From Bugula neritina (taxonomy: Eukaryota > Animalia > Bryozoa): a stretch of DNA of 64,000 nt. Location: NCBI GenBank assembly GCA_964035545.1, contig OZ037765.1, forward strand, positions 11,914,698 to 11,978,697, in the 5' to 3' direction. The position numbers and the translations under genes were made by a program. Under the pieces are notes generated by a model that saw only the letters and a program-made list of their open reading frames with translations, did not search any database and had not been told where the DNA came from. Below are positions 13,800 to 27,300 of the stretch, in pieces. Numbering within the stretch: position 1 is the first letter of the stretch; every line of letters begins with the position of its first letter.

Positions 13800-16700
13800 T
13801 AAATTGGTCAAGTAACTGCAGCAGCACACTTCAAAGCTATGTAACATAAAATCTCTGAGCTCAGGGTTTTATACTAGCAGATAAGAGTGTTTCCTGGTTA
13901 CATACCATCATCCTATTGCGTGACAGAACATTAATGTTTCAACATATTATTATTATTTAGAAGATATGCAGAGACTGATTCACTATACACTGACTCTTCA
14001 GTGACACTCAACAACAGGTTACTATATTTGCAGACTGATTATGCATGATTGTTTACAGGGGAATTTTTGCTTAGTATGAAATCACATTTATTAGCTTGAC
14101 TTTTGTTTATGGTTCTAATTGAATTGTTGTTGGTTGTTGACTAATCTATTATATGTAGGCTCATAGTGAATAACTAACAAGCATAATTGCTATAAACAGT
14201 AAACATTACATGCCTTATTATAACTTCAGGTATTACTTGCTAATTTAGGAAATTTAATGCTTTAATATAGTATTTGAAAAAACTCTGCAATATATTTAAA
14301 CCTAATATGTTATAAACCTTGGCTTCTTGGATATATATAACCTTTGCTCTAACAATGTAAAATTTTATTTCTAATAAGAGCAATAATATAGTTCTTAATT
14401 AGCACTAGCTTCTGCAAGTGTTGGGAATGAACTCTGGCTAATTTCAGCATCATCATTATTATTATTAAACTAGCTTTAGCAGTATTATTTCTAAAATGAG
14501 AGCTAGCAGTTTTCACTAACTTGATCTCTATTCCTTCATATTTACTACCTCATATCATATGCAACAAATCAACCATTTCATTGAATTTATTGAGTTTATT
14601 CAAAATTGAATTTTAGTTCCATAAAGTATAACTTGCAGCTCATTAAATGCACACTAGTATGAAAATATCATTGGTATCTCTGACGTTCCTTACAGAATGG
14701 CTTCCATGTGCTCCATGGCACATTAGGCATTGTGATAGAACTCATTGAGAATATATTTATATGTCAATCTGCCATAACAGATCATTCTACAAAATATGTG
14801 ATGCATTGTGATACATAGTTATAACACACTTATCTTCAGGTCTTATCTGACTTCACCATGTAACTGTGTTGTAATGTTTCATACTGTTAAAGGTTAGGCA
14901 CTATATATTATATATAAGAAGAATGAGAGGAAGCCAACTTTTGGCTAGTAATCTTCATAAAATTGACTACAACCCTATCATTGTCACAACTCTATCATTG
15001 TCAAACTTAGAAAATTTCTAGTTGGCTTAAAAATATTAGTTTCTATATTTCTTAAAATTTCAATTTTGGAAAGATACTTAGGTTATGAAACAGCAAACTT
15101 TTGAGACATTTTAATCTATAATACTAATTGTTGAAATACTTAAACATCCGCACATGCAAAATAATCTATACACACGAAATAATAAACATATACATGTAGC
15201 AAAACTAAATATATGCCTCAGTTTTATTTTAAAAGTAGAAATTCTAAAAATGAGAGGCACCACTAAAGTTTACTCCTATGTACCTCTGAAATACATACTT
15301 AGATTTAGAAGTTATCTGTTCCTGAAACAAAGCAGGCTTTTTCAAATCTTGGCAATAATTATATTAGAAATTCAAATTTGGCAGACATTTACTGTTCTGT
15401 ATAAAAAGATATTTAGCAATTGTATGAATTTGAAACTGAAGATAAGCATCATTAATATCCCTACACACAATAATTTGGAAATATGCAAGTATAGAATATA
15501 TACTAAAGCCATAGACAAGTCTGAAATCAGGTTTGTCATTGTGTAAAGCATTTTTCCTCTGGTCTTTCATGAAATTTTGTTTTCTGACCAGTATGCAAAG
15601 AAGTTTTGGTTATACCCCTCTGGTTGGCACAAATGTCTTAGGTAAATACTGATGTTTTAATACTTCTGCATGGCCATTAATGTCCAAGAAAAGCTGCAGA
15701 ATATAATTGGGTAATGAGATCCTTCCTTAAAATGCCTGATATACAACAACAATATAATGGGATGTACTAAAATGATGTACTGTGATGTACTGAAATAACC
15801 TAATCTAACGTGATCCAATATCACATTTTTAAGGCATATTGCCAGGTGCCAACCAACTGACAATTTGTCCTATTTGTTACCCTTCAGTCCCTTTGCTTGT
15901 AAGCTGCTTCATATGTAATAGTGGCATATGCAGTCTAATACCATCCAAGAGTTTATTAGTATGTGTAGTGACAGAGCTAACTAAAGCTTCATCAGTTTTT
16001 AGGCATCTTTTTTGTCGTTGAAATTTAATACCATACAACCAGGGTCATAATGACAGATGCATTTAGGAGAAGGTATTTTTTCTTATACTGAAAAATTTTG
16101 TGGCTTGTAAATAGCTTGTGTGTCCAATATATATAATACTATGTCGCTTGTGCTTACTGCAAGTTGGGAAATGAAATATCCTTTATCTTCAACCAATCAT
16201 GCGATGTCACAATGAAAACCAACGAAAGTATACAATGACGAAATGGAGGACTGGTGAGTTCTCCATCTTAAGGCTAATGGTTTGATATCTAATAAACAAT
16301 TAGCAAAGAACATGCTGTGCAACTCTACAATGACTTCCGCATGGAACAAGACTGTTTACTTGTGGCAGATGCAGAAATGATAAACCCTTCAAATACTAAC
16401 TAAAGACATCACTGACAGTATGCAGATAGTAGATTGAAGATGTGGTGTTAAAGACCACTGTATAATACTGTTAATGTTTGTCAACGGTAATAAGTTAGTA
16501 ATGAAAGTAACCTGCAAAGTTCAGCTAAAAATGGCCAAGGGCTAGCTTCTCTTCTGAGAAAGCTATACTGACTAGCTGTTTTGTTAACCTTTATGTTAGG
16601 TATTTTAAGCTATCAATTATTGCATTACCTATTTTCACTGTTTTTATAATAAATATATGTTTGATATTGATGATATACCATTGTTTTATTATTAGTATCA

Positions 16701-18584
16701 TAGTAGCTATTGATGTAATAATTTTGTAATAATTATTATGTTGTGGAATAAACCACAGCACGCTTTGCTTTCTTCCAACATTGGACTAGCTAAATATGGT
16801 TGCTGTGTTTTACAGCACTAACTTATGAGTGTTCACCTTTGATGGCAACACTGAATAAATTATCTTATATTATTATAGTGTGATAACTGATAACAATATG
16901 CTGCAACTTGTGATTGGTTATTTCTATCTGTTTCACAATATTATTTCTAGTTTGCTGAAAAACTTGGCAATATTTAGCATAATTATTGTCACAACTTCAT
17001 CCAATAGCATTTTAATTTGCTGTTTTATTTCCTCATACAGCTACTTTGCAGCTGCTACTTGCTGGCAAGAGTTACAAGCAATGCAGGGCCGAATAGTCTC
17101 TATGGCAGCATTCTTGGCGTGGCTTGTTTATCAACAGCTGTCTGCAAGGTCGTGAGATTAGTTCCTTTTAGAGATAATTAACATTCGAAAATATCTTTTT
17201 ATGCTCATGGGTGTAGGTATAGGTGTAGATATGTTATATAATAAAGCAATGTTATTTTTATTTGAATATTTTGATAGTGGAAATCCTAAAAGCAGTATAG
17301 AATAATTGTTATAGCAAAGATTTAGTAAAACAACTACAATGAGCACCGTAATGATGAATATTTTATAAACAATTAGGTGTTTATTATAAAATCATATATG
17401 CAGTATTGCAGAAACAAGCAATTGCTTTTGTTTGAAATAATAATTGTTAGAATAGATCAGGTTATTTGGAAAATGCCCCTCTACAAATAATTCTAATATT
17501 GCAGAATTCATATTTTCTCAATTGTTATTTGAGTAGAACAGCTGTGACCAACAAGCATGTAACCTAATATAATATCATATATCATATAATATATAATGAA
17601 ATATGCCACATGATACTGTATCATCTATATTATTATATGCACTGCTCATGTTTGCATAAAAGTTTTAATACAATTAAATATAGGTAATAAATTTCAAAGA
17701 TACTGAAAAGGAATTTATAGAACTAATTGCCTTATACAAAGTTATTATGTTGGCAAGGCATTCAATTTTTGATTTGAAGTTTTGTAAAATCATCAGTTAC
17801 AAATAAAATGAATGTTATCTATATATTATCTTATCAATGCTTAGAATTTTAAAGCAAATTCAACGTATTAATTTTCTAATAAAATACACTTCATTTTTTG
17901 AATCACAATTTCAAAGGATAAAATTAAGTATTGGGCAACATAGCTTTCAGAGGAAACAACTTCTGAATTAACATGTTTAAGGTAAATTAACAATGCAATA
18001 TCCTAAACAATCAAAACAACACTTGTATTATAAATAGTAATATATACAACAATCACTGTAGAGATTAATTGTAACAATAAGACAATACATTTCCTTATAT
18101 GGTTGTACATTTTTCCCAACAATCAAACTGTTGATAAATTAATAGAATAATTAAATTAAACAAAATGGAGGCACTAAATGATATTTATTATTTTAGTACT
18201 ATTCCTATATATTTTCTGTATTCCTTTTATTGCCTTTTTTCATCTTCTGCTTGATTGGGAAGATTGGCTCTTCGGATAGCTTTTTAGATAGGTTTTATAG
18301 TTCTAGTTGAAAGATGCTGCATTGGGTTGGAATACTGCAATAGTTGTTAGAGACACTATGAAGGGCAACACTGAGGGAATTGTTTTTATTATTCTATTGA
18401 AGCTCTTAAGTTTCAGTCATGCATTTTTAGTATTTCACAGTTCACTGAGCACATCTTTCAACAAAACTCTTATTTAAGTTTAGAAGTCTCCATAATCGCA
18501 AGAGTTTTTAAGTAGGCTAAGCCTCAGACCATGCTGGCAACATGTACATACTGAGGGCTTTTAGCTTGACTGTGACTCAAGAGT

Positions 18585-19999
18585 AGTTGTGACCAGATGC
18601 TCTTCCTCACATCACCAGTGACTAGAACCCCATAATGTGTGTGGGCTATACAGCTGCTTCTTTCATCTATTAATATAATATTTTAGATTAATGTTCTAAA
18701 AGTATAATCTTTCAATTATCTATTGCTGTATGTTTTAACTGTAAGAAGTTACTGAGCAAACATGCAGCTTTGCAACTTCAAGTAAGCAGATATAAGCTAA
18801 GTCTAAATTTAATACACTTTTAGATGCACAAGTTATGGATCAACAGAGGTTGAAGGTGATGAGGTGGTGGAGGGAGAAATGGAATGGAAGATAGGCCTGT
18901 TAAGAACAAATGATGGTGAATGAAAATCATAAGTTTGAGAGAAGAGAAGAGCATGGAACAGACAAAATTAGCCGGTCGAGTAAGGAAGACTTTATTGAGA
19001 TGAAACCAAGAGAGGGGATGATGGAGGTTTCAAAGACAAGCATGTTCCAAAGGAACTGTAGCAGAGGAGTAATGGTGACCAGATGCTCTTCCTGACATCA
19101 CCAGTGACTATGGTATGAACCCCATGATGTGTGTCAACAAAAGCCTGTTGAGAAAGAAAAACCCAAGTATGGAACAGAAGGAATGGCAGGAGATGCGGTG
19201 GTGAATGAAAATCATAGGTTTGAGAGAAGAGAAGAGCACGGAACAGAAAAAATTAGCCGGTCGAGTAAGGAAGACTTTATTGAGATGAAACCAAGAGAGG
19301 GGATGATGGAAGTTTCAAAGACAAGCATGTTCCAAAAGAACAGATTAAAGATGAGGTAGAAAAGAAAGTGTTCGAGATAGAAAATGAAGCAAAGCTAAAC
19401 GATGTGCTGTTGATAAAGAAGATAGTGATAGGATCTCCGTGAAAGGTAAAGTTTCAAACATGGAGAACATTGGACTGGTGAGAGAGGGATCAGATGAGGA
19501 ACATGGCAGAAGAATAATATTAAGAGTAGAAGTTGCTCATGAGATTGTGGAGAGATTAGAGCCAATAGAGCAGAATAATAGAGAAACTGAGATGTCATCA
19601 TTTCAGAATGAAAATAAGGAAAAACTTCCTGCTGAGGAGGCAATTACTGAAGAAGGTGATAACAAAGTCAATGAAATTGAGAAAGGCAAGGAAAGTGATG
19701 AAATGAAAAAGGTAGCCAATAGAGATGGATTGGCAGAAGCTGGAAAGGAAATCAATGCTAATGGATAGCCTATAATGATGGTGAGTTATATCTCCTTTAT
19801 ATAAGCATCCGAAGATTGAATAGTATCTTTTTGTATGATACTAGGTGTGTGTTATATGAAGTATGACACACTATAAGCAACACTGACAACCCTCTCTGTT
19901 GCAAGAGAAAGAGTGGCAAGAAAGGACAACTCCAGAAGGAGCAGACTCGTAAAATTCATTCAAAGGTTGTGTTGTTGTTGTGGTTCAGAAAGTGACTAG
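18585..19999 (+). pseudogene. Disrupted Glu/Lys-rich ORF region with internal duplications and a terminal exon ending ...RLVKFIQRLCCCCGSESD*
   Basis: Purine-rich coding-like ORFs 18910-19095, 19129-19359 and 19439-19768 are broken by stops/frameshifts; donor atg|gtgagt near 19780; acceptor ctataag|CA at 19877/19878 is open to TAG 19997-19999. Confidence 0.45.
18913..19340 (+). repeat. ~140-bp direct duplication (18913-19050 vs 19198-19335)
   Basis: Both copies translate (M/V)VNENH(K/R)FERREEHGT(D/E)KISRSSKEDFIEMKPREGMMEVSKTSMFQ; a second ~60-bp duplication links 18585-18645 with 19067-19135. Confidence 0.85.
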
Positions 20000-20008
20000 C
20001 AAATTTTC

Positions 20009-20012
<4 letters not shown>

Positions 20013-20084
<72 letters not shown>

Positions 20085-20086
20085 AT
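20013..20086. repeat. (TA)n microsatellite
   Basis: About 35 TA units with one interruption. Confidence 0.95.
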
Positions 20087-21798
20087 TTGTTAGTATAAAA
20101 TATAGTAATCATATAACGCAGTGTATAATACATATAATATTATAATGCTATTGATGTTTTAATTGCTGCAGACACTAGTTCCACTTGAAAAGAAAATCCT
20201 TTTCTCGATCTCGAATGAATGATGAATGATAGTAACGCTTGCCTCTAGTCAAGTTATGTTATAGCGAACAAAATCATGTTCTAAACTCTAAAGTCTATAA
20301 ACCTTCATAGCACAATAGTACATGACACGTATAAACATACAAATTGAATCAAAAAGCTCAAGTATTTTGCATGAAGCATAATAGAAATAATCACATTTAT
20401 GATAGGTAATTATAAAATAATATTTTGAAGTACCAGTAGCTACAAATAGTTTTATAATATGTTGTTTAGCAATGAGTTTTCACATTTTTTTACTATTTTC
20501 ATTCCTATAGTCTCATGGGTGATTAAATGATAAAAAAGCAAAAACCATGAGCTAAATCTTGCACAGCTTGGGTTGTTAGAAACCTAATTAGGGTAGCCAC
20601 TAAAAGGCCATAAAATTGAATTTACGAGTTGTCATTTCTTGTCATGTTGCATAGCAATTTTAGTGAGAAGACAACCAACAAACACCTATAGAAGACGTAT
20701 GCAGTTAGTTGACTATCCATGTAGCGTTGCATACACAAACAAGCTGCTATAAATGTAAGACTAGTGAATTTGATGCGAATAGGCATAGTATAATATACAT
20801 GTAGTAATAAATCATATTACTATGGAGTTATACCCATGGTTTAGTAAGAGATAACTCTTGAATTTTTTACCAAACAATAATAATAAATAGACACTTTATA
20901 AGTATCACTTTTTGCAGCACGTCAATATTTATGCCGGAATAGTCTGAGAACTACAATCACACTACAGCCAACTTACATTTATTACGATTTAATCGAACAC
21001 TTACATCTACAAATAAAGTAAATCTCTGGACTAACTACTACATCAAGCATTTACGCTACAATCAAATTAATTACATTCTAGTTTAGTAGTCAAAGTGAAA
21101 GTTGTACACACTGATGCTAATACTTATACTTGTAGTTACTGCTATTTGTTATTATTATATTATTAATTATAATAATAATAATAATATACTTTTAGTGATC
21201 CAGTTATTCATATTAATAATATCTTTAATAGCGAACCCCTTACTCTCAGTCATTGTCAAACCCCATGGCAAGATGAAGTTGATGATTATCAACTTCAAGG
21301 TCAAGTGTAAACTTAAAGTTAAACTAAAAGTAAAACTCAAAAAGCTGAAAAAAGTAAAGCTAAAAGTAAAAGTGCTAGTAGACGTAGTAACTAGTAGCAG
21401 TGCATTTTCATTTAGAATTTTTATTTGTAAATAATATCATTATGATTATCATCATCGATTAAATTATCAATTTATTAAATTTAATATTTTATTTTGCATT
21501 AAATTTAATTTTAAATTTTGTCTAACGCCAACAATTATTGTTATGACTTAGAGTTACTGTTAGTCTTATGAGTTATCATTAAGATTATGACTCATAACGT
21601 ATGGCTATGGGTTATGAGTCACAGTGGTAAATATTATTTTAATTATAATAATAAAATCAACTGTCACTTTATGACTATAATATAAGGCAATTGCATTTAA
21701 AAGTTAACTTGTACATTAACTTTAGTTTAGCTGTGCAATCACAACAGCTGCTGTTGTACCTTTGAAAATGAATACTGTAGTGTTGAGTTTACCCAGTT

Positions 21799-21870
21799 GT
21801 CCCCCTGGTGTAATGGTTAGCGCACCTGCTTACGAGCCCGAGACCTCGGGCTCGCATCCCAGTGGAAGCA
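21799..21870 (+). pseudogene. tRNA-like sequence (pseudo-tRNA or SINE head), copy 1
   Basis: A-box-like TGGTGTAATGG, B-box-like GGGCTCGCATCCC; anticodon arm mispaired with a 6-nt loop; T-rich tract follows. Confidence 0.55.
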
Positions 21871-22023
21871 AGATTATTTTATAAGCTATTTTGGCCTTTA
21901 GTGAAGTGTAGTAGTACTCCGAAGGGGTTGAGAGGCCAGGGGAACCTGAAAACTGAAGAAGTAGTAGAGATGCCAGTGGAGTTCTTGAGAACTGGGTGGG
22001 ATGTAGTGTTGAGTTTAGCTGGT

Positions 22024-22095
22024 GGCCCCTGTGATGTAATGGTAGCGTGCCTGCTTTCAAGCTGGAGATTTCGGGTTCTAATCCCAGTGAGGGCA
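22024..22095 (+). pseudogene. tRNA-like sequence (pseudo-tRNA or SINE head), copy 2
   Basis: A-box-like TGATGTAATGG, B-box-like GGGTTCTAATCCC; 6-nt anticodon loop; shares the upstream motif tgtagtgttgagttta with copy 1. Confidence 0.55.
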
Positions 22096-24358
22096 AAAGT
22101 TTTCTAATTACTTTTAAGGATATTTAACACTCAGAAACACTTTTCAACTATGGTTATAGAAGTGTGCCACTTTGGTTTTCAGTGTGAAATTTGCTTGATT
22201 ACAGCTTAAGTAAATGTTGCGGTTATTTTTCAAACTATTTTCAGCTTCCCTCTGGCATCTCTAATAAAGGTGAATGGTTCTAAAGAAACTACAAATGAGA
22301 TTGTGTATGCAGATGTTAATTCGCCAGAGCATAAGATCTAGTGGTTTTTAACATATTTTAATTTTGGCAATCTATTGTAATTTCATCAGATGTTATTGCA
22401 AGTGATAGTGTTGCATGTTCTTCCTGCAAAATTTTTATAAGAAGATTCAGTCATTTATTCTTGCACCATTGTAATTGTCATTGTGACAGGGGCTGTTACA
22501 TTGACAATTACTAAGTAAGAATAAAGCAATAATCAATCTCATGGTTATACTTTTTCAGTACTTTTTTACCCTAGACCTAGTAAAAGTAAAAATCAAGTCG
22601 TCACTCCTACTCAACCTGTAAAGTGGCGTTCAGCAGAGAAAGTTCTAAGGTAGATGAACGAAATTATAATTGTGGTGTTGAACCGACTACTGTCATAGTA
22701 AACTTATTTTGTTTTAGTGTTTGCTGTGAGTGGTTTGTTTTACAAATTTATATGTATGATAATGAGGATCAATTATGAAAGACATGAGACTATATGATAC
22801 ACATTGCGGATACACTCATGCTGTGGTAGTCATATTCATTAATTTAGTTAATTCATTTTAATCATGACCGAACCCTGATGGTTATAGAGTCCGTGTAATG
22901 GTGCTGATAATATGATGTATGACGGAGTTGCTACAATAATAAGGATAATCTTTTAAATAGTTTAGTTACAATGGCCAATAGAACTGAAATTGTATTAAAA
23001 TTTCATAAATTTATTTAAACATTGTTATAAATACTATAACTCAAGTAAACAAGAATCAAAGAATTTCAAGTAGTTGAGTCAACTTGAACTCAACTATTGG
23101 AAACCAGCATAGTAATTAGTAAGAAATAATAATAAATATACTGCTAACAGCAATATGATTATGTATAGCAATATTATTTAATGCATTCAATACATTTCAA
23201 GTTTGCAATGATATAAATTGACTTCAGTAAAAGCATTAATTTATTTAATGCAGATAGTAATAGAAATAGAGTAATGTAAATATGATTGTCATTAATATTA
23301 AAGCCACTAATTTTTTGTGTTGATGCAACTATTATAGGCTAGTTTCTTTTCCAAATAATATTACTTACTAGACATTAGTTATTTAAATGCTTTATTATTT
23401 ATAATTAGCATGTTGATTTCAATTTATCAGCATTAATAATTATTTTGTGTAATTTAACTTACAGATCATCAATTACTAGTGTATTTCTAAGTTGAAATCT
23501 TGAAGATAGTGATAGTAGCTCGTAGCCGTTACATGAATCATGAAAAGATGACAAGTAAAAGAGAAAAACCTCTATCTTTAAGTTGTACTAAAAATGAGTT
23601 TCACCAAATAAACTGTAGTATTTTTGTGTAAATTATTAAAATTTTATTTATCAAAAGTAGACAACATCAACTTTCTTGCAACAACTCTAGATACTCAATG
23701 GATATTTTATACTGGGCTTTATTTTAAAAAAATTAGCAATGCATTACCTTACTTTATTATTATTATAAATAATGCCAAAAGTAATTAAAAAAACAGAAGA
23801 AGATATATCAAGAATAACTTTCTTGCGGGCTATTTGAATTAAATACTCAGAATTGAAAAAATGAATCGGTGCCAAAATGTTCCAACTTGCGTCTTGCTAG
23901 TAAAGTTTGATTTAGGAAAGAAATTTGATTTCAGTTTATGGTGGCTAGATGCTATAAAAGTTGTTTTATGTCTGTAAAAATGAGACTCGTGTTCATGCTA
24001 TCAGGTTTATTTGGAATTTATTTGTTACATAAATTTAGCTGGCAGTTACATCATATGAGTCTTAGTAAATTAAAGTTGGAATGTATAAATGTTCTGCTGT
24101 TTTGGTTATTGAAAGTACCCATCTTGCTGTCTATTTTATCAGTTGTTTACACTAGTAATAAATTTATCACCCAGCATTGGCACATGCACGTTTAGTTTTA
24201 TCAGTGAGCATTATTGATTATCATTACCCTGTTGCTGTACAGGAGATATTTTCTTGTTTTATCTTTTAGGTTGGATGCCGTTTATGAAGTATATTGTAGT
24301 GAAACTGTACGTGCTGAGTACTTGATTGCTATAAAGTATAAAACCAAGTGCAGTGAAT

Positions 24359-27300
24359 ATGTCAAGTTCTGGCCATCCTAGCCCTTCACCAGGCAGAGCT
24401 CAACTTGTGGTTGAGACCTCGCATATTCCTCACAGTGAGGCTGAACCAGGTGTTACTTCTAAAGACAGTATTATCAATGATATGACACAAAAACTTGCTG
24501 ATCAGCTGCTAGCAGAACCATCTACTACAGCTTGTAAACCAGAATATGTTAGCATAAATAAACAGCTGGAAATGAAGAGACAAAGTGAGTTATTATCACA
24601 ATCTAAGTTGGTGCAAAATTCGACAAAGCCATATGAAGACTTGCCACAGGTTCACACCAGCTCCAGTTACAACTCATTACCTAACGAGTCCTCTACGGGC
24701 GGTGTAGCTAGTGAAATATTGACTCCCTCCGTGGTACCCCAAAGTGCCAGCTCCCAAGTATCTACTGACAATACCTCCGCTGCCAACTTTGTGAGATCTG
24801 ACAGCCAGAGAGAGCTAGATATAGACATTGGTGAGCTGAATATCAGCAAAGGTTCAGCATCAGTTTCCAGCAGCAGCACACTGAATACACAAACTCTGTT
24901 CACGCACACTTCTAATTGCAACGTGTTGAAAGTAGTCAACTCTGATTTAACAGTCTCCCAGGAAGTTGATATGCTGACGGCAATGTCAGGAGAACCTACG
25001 CCCAACTCTCTTCCTGTAGTAGCAGACGGCTTGTCTGACGGAGAAATTAGTTCGGATTCCGAAGTTGATAATACGGATACAAGAGATGTCAGTTTTGCTG
25101 TGAATGTAAGTGTGTTGATTGGTGCCATTTTTACTTGAAGTTGTTATATGCTGTATTTCGATGACTGTTTTAATACTAAAGAGTTTCACATGTTGCAATA
25201 ACATTATATGTCTTCAATTTACTGTAAAGTATTCCTATATATAAATACCTTCTCTCCACGTGCTTTCAAGTGATTTTTGCATGCAGGCAGTTTCCGATCT
25301 CTGCTATTAGAATATTTTGACAATAGTTTTAGTGTAGGTGAATATTTGCCAGTTGGAAATGTGTCTCCTGTGATACTGCATGAAATTACCAATGTAACAA
25401 AGTCAGTTGCTGCCATCTGTTGTTGGCTGCAGTATTTTCACTATTGCTAGTTGTGCCTCCAAGTCAAGCAATAGCATTAAATTTATAGGCTCTTTTCGTT
25501 TATCCATTATACTTGGCTGCATAGGATCTTATTTTCTCAGTTACTATGCGTGAAATTTTAATGATTTGGTGAAAAAAATTGTATAGAGCCTCTCACTTTT
25601 TATTCATTAAAGTTAAATTTTATATTTTAGAAAACCAGACTCAGTTTGCAAAACGGCCAACGGAACGACCCTTTCTTTATTCAGCATGAATCTATTATGA
25701 ACTCGAAGACAACTGAGCAAGTGGCTAAGGTAAAAGCCACTGTGCAGGAGATTTGTGCTGCCGTTGCTGAATGTCCTCCTTCTGCTGCTGTTCCTGCTGC
25801 TTCTGGACCAGAAGAAAGTCGATCAAGTAATTCTATCTGGCAGATTAGGTAATGGTGACAATTTCCTCTGGTAGCTACTGGAGTTATCATTCCTATTTCT
25901 CTATTGTGTATGCTTGTGGCATATGGTAGTGACACAATATGAATATATTTAATCCATTTAGGCTCGCTTGTATAGTTGATATGTATTCATAGCTTCACGC
26001 AATATATTGATTTGTATAATTAGGTCAGTTTAAGTGAAAATGTAATAAAGTACTGTATGACACACTCACTACAATGTCTATTAGCCAACTAGTTACTTGT
26101 TACTGTTGTTGGTAGTTGGATACTATTGTATTAGTTGAGTTGAATGTCTTTATACTTACATATGCTATAAAGTAAGTTTTTGAATGTAACTCTTGTTCCA
26201 AAGTTGTGTAACTCGTATGTATATACTTGGAGATGTGATTATTTTATTGTATTAATAAGATATATTAATTTTTTTCACTTACAGGGATTCATATGCCGAG
26301 ACTCTAAGACAGCAAGAACAGAAACGGAAACAAAGAATGGAACTAGAAAAGAGATATGAAGCGGAATATAGACAGAAACATCAGCAGGAAAGTCAGTTGC
26401 AGTAATTTATTCAGAACTTGGATGCTAATTTCAGTATTTTGCAGTATATTGTTGCTACTTGTGCTATATTCAGTTATGGGAACAGTCTTATCACCTTCTC
26501 CTTATCTATGTTTTTTTTATTGAAGTCATACAATAACTTAAGACAAGGTCAGTTGCTGAGAATAGAGTACACTTTATATATGCAGCATCATGTTATAATT
26601 GAGCTATAATAAAGTTGCATTGAAATACATGATCATATTTCTGTTGCTTACTTCCAGTTGAAATGCTAGAAGCTGATGACAACAGAATATTACCTGCCAT
26701 GACACTAGATGATGACAATATTGAGCAGATTAACACCGGCACTGGTAGGTGGATTATGTAACACACTGTCAACATTACTATAGCACATGTTGCATTCCTA
26801 TTGAGACTCAGCAAGTTTATAGTCACTGTAGCTGTGAGAAACCACTGATGGGAAGGTTGTTTTTTTTTAAAGTGGGCTAAGGACTTATTCATATGTGGCA
26901 CAGGAGCAATTATGACTGAATGCTCCTCATAACATCACCAATGGCCTTTACTGGGGATCGAACCCATCACTACGGGTTTACTAAGCCAGCGCTTTAACCC
27001 CTAGACCACGGCTGCTCCCATGCATTCTTGTTGAATAATTTTAATTGTTTAAATATAGTGGTTCAATTCTAAGCGAGCTTTAGTTAGCAGTCACAATTTT
27101 TTTAACTAATTAAATATTTTTTCGAAATTAAAGTCATGCACATGGATCATGCCCGAAATTAGATGCTAATGGTGGCCTAGTCTTTAGACATTCCTACTCT
27201 ACTGTTTACTAATGCCAAACACTGAAATATTGTGTAGTATTAAAATCAATACTTGTGTGCATATGTATCTCACTGGAGATTTTTAACAAAGCCATATGTT

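Noticed and set aside
15880-16030. Possible transposase C-terminal remnant (minus-strand QRQKRCLKTDEALV...)
   Set aside because: Too short, no catalytic motif; cannot be supported without a search.
21102-21434. 110-aa hydrophobic + KVKL ORF resembling a membrane or antimicrobial peptide
   Set aside because: Non-ATG start; built from AAT and AAAGT(A/T) simple repeats; no splice context.
21799-22095. Functional tRNA-Val/Glu genes
   Set aside because: Anticodon loops are 6 nt, stems are mispaired and T-loops are mutated.
24667-25128. Antisense ORFs over large exons (also 40977-42749)
   Set aside because: Shadow frames of real sense-strand coding sequence.
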